The position numbers and the translations under genes are program-made. Below the pieces are notes generated by a model. That model was not told where the DNA came from and did no database searches. It saw only the letters and a program-made list of their open reading frames with translations. From Gammaproteobacteria bacterium (GTDB lineage: Bacteria > Pseudomonadota > Gammaproteobacteria > JBCCGL01): a stretch of 64,000 bases of DNA. Shown here in pieces: positions 60,794 to 64,000 of this stretch (the first letter of the stretch is position 1; the number at the start of each line of letters is the position of its first letter). Where the stretch lies: contig OZ255836.1 of assembly GCA_965277715.1 (NCBI GenBank), positions 2,272,001 through 2,336,000 on the forward strand, read 5' to 3'.

Positions 60794-63448
60794 TCAAAAT
60801 AACAAATACACCAAAGCACGCTTTTTTAAATGTGCCTTGCAGGTAAACCCTGTCGGTTATATCAAATACCGTGGTCAGCAACCGACGCTTACAGAAGAAG
60901 AGTACAACCAACAGCTACTGAATGCTGCGCTTGCGGGGGGTATCGAAGTAATTGGTTTAGCAGATCATGGTTCTGTGAGCGGCTTTGAAAAGATAAAAAA
61001 TTTATATAGCGGGCATGGCATTGTAGTATTTCCTGGTTTCGAGGTGACTTCCAGTGAGAAGATTCACTTTGTTTGCCTGTTTGATGAATCAACAGCTACC
61101 GATTTGATCAAGATGCATCTAGGTGCATTAGGTGTGGATATTAACCAACCCGCAGCGCCCGTGCAGAAATCTGCCGACGATATTATCAATTATGTAAATA
61201 AAAATAGTGGCTTCATATTTGCGGCCCACAGTACTAATGATAATGGCGTATTAAAGCATCGGATGGGGCACATTTGGAAACACAGCGGACTATTGGCTGC
61301 GCAGATACCCGGCTCAATTGCAGACCTTAAAGGTGTGGAGGATGATTTTTACCGAAAAGTTTTCCTTAACAAGAATGCTGATTATCGTCGAGAACGAAAA
61401 ATGGCAGCTATCAATGCCGCCGATGTGTATAGGCCAGAAGACATAAAAAGCAGTAGTGCCTCCTGTTTAATTAAAATGACCAAACCCTGTTTTGCCTCCT
61501 TTAGGCAGGCTTTTTTAGATGCAGGTTCCCGTGTGCGGCTAAACTCAGACAAGCCGAAAAATCATGCATCCGCTATCGAGCGAATACGTTTTGTGGGCGG
61601 ATACCTGGATGGGGTCGATATCACCTTATCTGAGCACCTGAATGCAGTGATTGGTGGTCGGGGAACGGGTAAATCAACACTGCTGGAATGCCTTCGTTTT
61701 GCGTTTGACTTACAACCGTTTGGTAAAACAGCGAAGGCTCAGCATAACGCCATTCTACAAAACAATCTTGGCAATGAAAAAGGCATGGTTGAAGTAACCG
61801 TTCGGTCTGCTGTTATGCATGGCCGTAAATTTACCATTAGCCGAAAATATGGAAGCCAACCGATAGTCGTTGATCAAGACGAAAATGTATCCCCCCATCG
61901 ACCAGAGGATTTGCTGCCGGGTATTGCGCTTTATGGTCAAAACGAAATCTATGAGATGACCCGTAACGATCAAAGCCGCAACCAGCTCATCAAGGACTTT
62001 TTAGAAGGAGAGCATGAGCAATTTGATGCAGCCATAACCAAGGTATTGGCAAGGCTCAGAGATAATCGAGAATCAATAGCGCGTGCGCTTGAGCAAAAGG
62101 CCGATATTGAGGCAGACATCGAGCGCTTGCCCAAACTGATAGATCAAGCTAAGCAATTTCAAGTATTAGGCATCACTGAAAAACTAAAAATCACGCCGAA
62201 ACTGGAAAAGGAAAAGCAGCTTAATGAGCGCGTTAATGAAGAAGTTGATCGTGTTAAACAGGCAATTGATACGCTTAAAGACAGTTTACCGGATACTATC
62301 TTTTTATAAGTGACACCAGCCTGGATGGATTGCCTCATGCCGACCTGTTGAGACCACAACGCGAAATATTAGAAAGCGTTAAAACCGCTTTAATGCAGAC
62401 TGTGACACAGCTCGATAAAGTCGTCCTTACAACATCGGAACAGCTATCACCTATTCAACAGACACTGATTGAGAGGCAACACTCGAAAGAGCAACAACTG
62501 GAAAACGCCTTTAAAGAAATACCGGCAATCCGAGGTAAAACGGGACGACAAATTGGTGTTGAATACCAAACATTACTTAAACAAATTGAACAGGTTCGGC
62601 CAAAACAAACCGCATTGCAAACCAGGCAGGCGCAAATCGACGAGCTTTACAAACAGCGTAAAAAACTACGGCTGGAAATGAACCAGCAAACCAGTGCCCG
62701 CACCAGTGCCATGCAAAAATCGGTAAAGCGGTTAAACCGTAAACTGGATCAAAAGGTTCGCTTGAGTTTACACTCAGAAGGTAACCGCCAGGTGCTGATA
62801 GATTTTCTCAATGCCTGTAATTTAGAAGGTATAGGGGCTAAGCGCCTTGCCTGGGTGCTCAAAGGTGAGTTTTCGCCAGCTGGCCTTGCTGAAACCATAC
62901 GGCAAGGAAAGGCGGAGCTAATCCGCCTTCCCGGTGTTACAGACACCATAGCAGGGGCGTTGTGCCGTTTGTCAGAACCTACGCTTCTCGCACTGGAAGA
63001 GTGTGTTATTCCCGATACGATGACAATCGAGCTGAATGTCACGCAAGGCGGAACAGAGGCGATTTTTCGTTCTATTGAAGACTTATCGACAGGCCAACAA
63101 TGCACAGCCGTTTTGCACCTACTACTGCTAGATAAGCAAGACCCACTGATTCTCGACCAACCCGAAGATAATCTGGATAACGCCTTTATTGCAGATCTTA
63201 TTGTTGCTGAGCTGCGTAAAGCCAAGTTAAGCCGTCAATTCCTATTTGCAACCCATAACGCCAATATCCCGGTATTTGGCGACGCCGAGTGGATCGGTGT
63301 ACTCAGCGTTGAAGACCATAAAGGGCAAATTCTTCCACAGCAACAAGGCGCGATTGATATGCCGGAAGTGCAAAAATTAGCAGCAGATATATTGGAAGGT
63401 GGTAAGAATGCATTCAACCAGCGCCGTGAAAAATACGGCTTTAACTAA
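60786..63448 (+). pseudogene. PHP phosphoesterase-ABC/SMC-like ATPase fusion (Ppl/TrlF-like), split by a frameshift near 62305
   Basis: ADH, GFE, AAHS PHP motifs and Walker A GGRGTGKST in ORF 60786-62309; LSTGQ, ILDQPEDNLD, ATHNANI in ORF 62330-63448 in another frame. Confidence 0.88.
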
Positions 63449-63474
63449 ACACGATACTGTCTTGGGAGAGTCAT

Positions 63475-63987
63475 GTGTTAAAAGATGATATTAGTGACGG
63501 CCCTATGGTGGGGCGCAGGGATATAGACAATGGAGAAAAGTGGTTAGTCGACGGTGGTTTAATCGAGCGGTTTATGGAAACAATGGAGCCATTTATATCC
63601 CGGGAAGCAAGCAATATTGGCCCGGGTTTGCAGCGGGAAACTCAATTGTTCTACCCTCTCGAAGCCATTCGCGAAGTGTTAATTAATGCTCTTGCCCACC
63701 GTGACTGGACGCGTTTTGTGGAAATTGAAATAGCCAGCTATTCCGATCATTTTGAAGTAATTAGCCCGGGCGCCCTACCAAACGCTATGACGGTAGAAAA
63801 AATGAAAGCCGGACAGCGTTCACCCAGAAACACCATCATTATGGAAGTACTTCGAGATTATGGTTATGTTGATTATCGGGGGATGGGGGTCAGGACAAAA
63901 ATTGTTCCACTGACGCGAGCCTTGACTGGAAAAGATCCCGAATTTGACTTAACCGATGATTATTTGAAAACAGTTCTCTATCGATAG
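63475..63987 (+). pseudogene. HATPase_c_4 domain protein, apparently lacking its N-terminal AlbA_2 domain
   Basis: YPLEAIREVLINALAHRDW, ISPG, RN..I, GMG motifs; only 170 aa. Confidence 0.7.
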
Positions 63988-64000
63988 CTCTGGAATTATG

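Noticed and set aside
62298-62309. Canonical programmed -1 frameshift
   Set aside because: C TTT TTA is not a full X XXY YYZ heptamer and no stimulatory hairpin was evident; mutation or sequencing error is simpler.

Overview
64 kb of gammaproteobacterial-type chromosome, inferred from the proS, mnmG, bamC-bcp-perM and CrbS/R gene content. It is mostly uptake and catabolism: an MttB-family methyltransferase, Zur-ZnuABC, an unusually large TRAP transporter, FrmA, a Pot-type ABC transporter, GbdR-like regulator plus FolE2, a DoeA-like hydrolase, and a Liv-type ABC transporter divergent from a CrbS/CrbR two-component system. Accessory DNA is scattered through it. (1) A two-gene operon encodes a P-loop ATPase and a TPR protein built from near-identical 123-bp repeats; this split NLR-like module is the best candidate for an undescribed system. 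(2) Two cargo cassettes are each bracketed by a duplicated 3' end of a housekeeping gene: vapBC at amn (about 277 bp duplicated) and antiporter plus usp at mnmG (24 bp duplicated). (3) An Rpn/PD-(D/E)XK gene has a heptad-repeat tail and a candidate internal start. (4) A family of palindromic MITE-like elements occurs in several intergenic regions. (5) A decaying defence island at the right end has an Xre-HsdS fusion, a frameshifted PHP-ATPase and a truncated HATPase_c_4 gene. No rRNA, tRNA or CRISPR array was recognised. All calls come from manual reading of motifs; no database searches were run.
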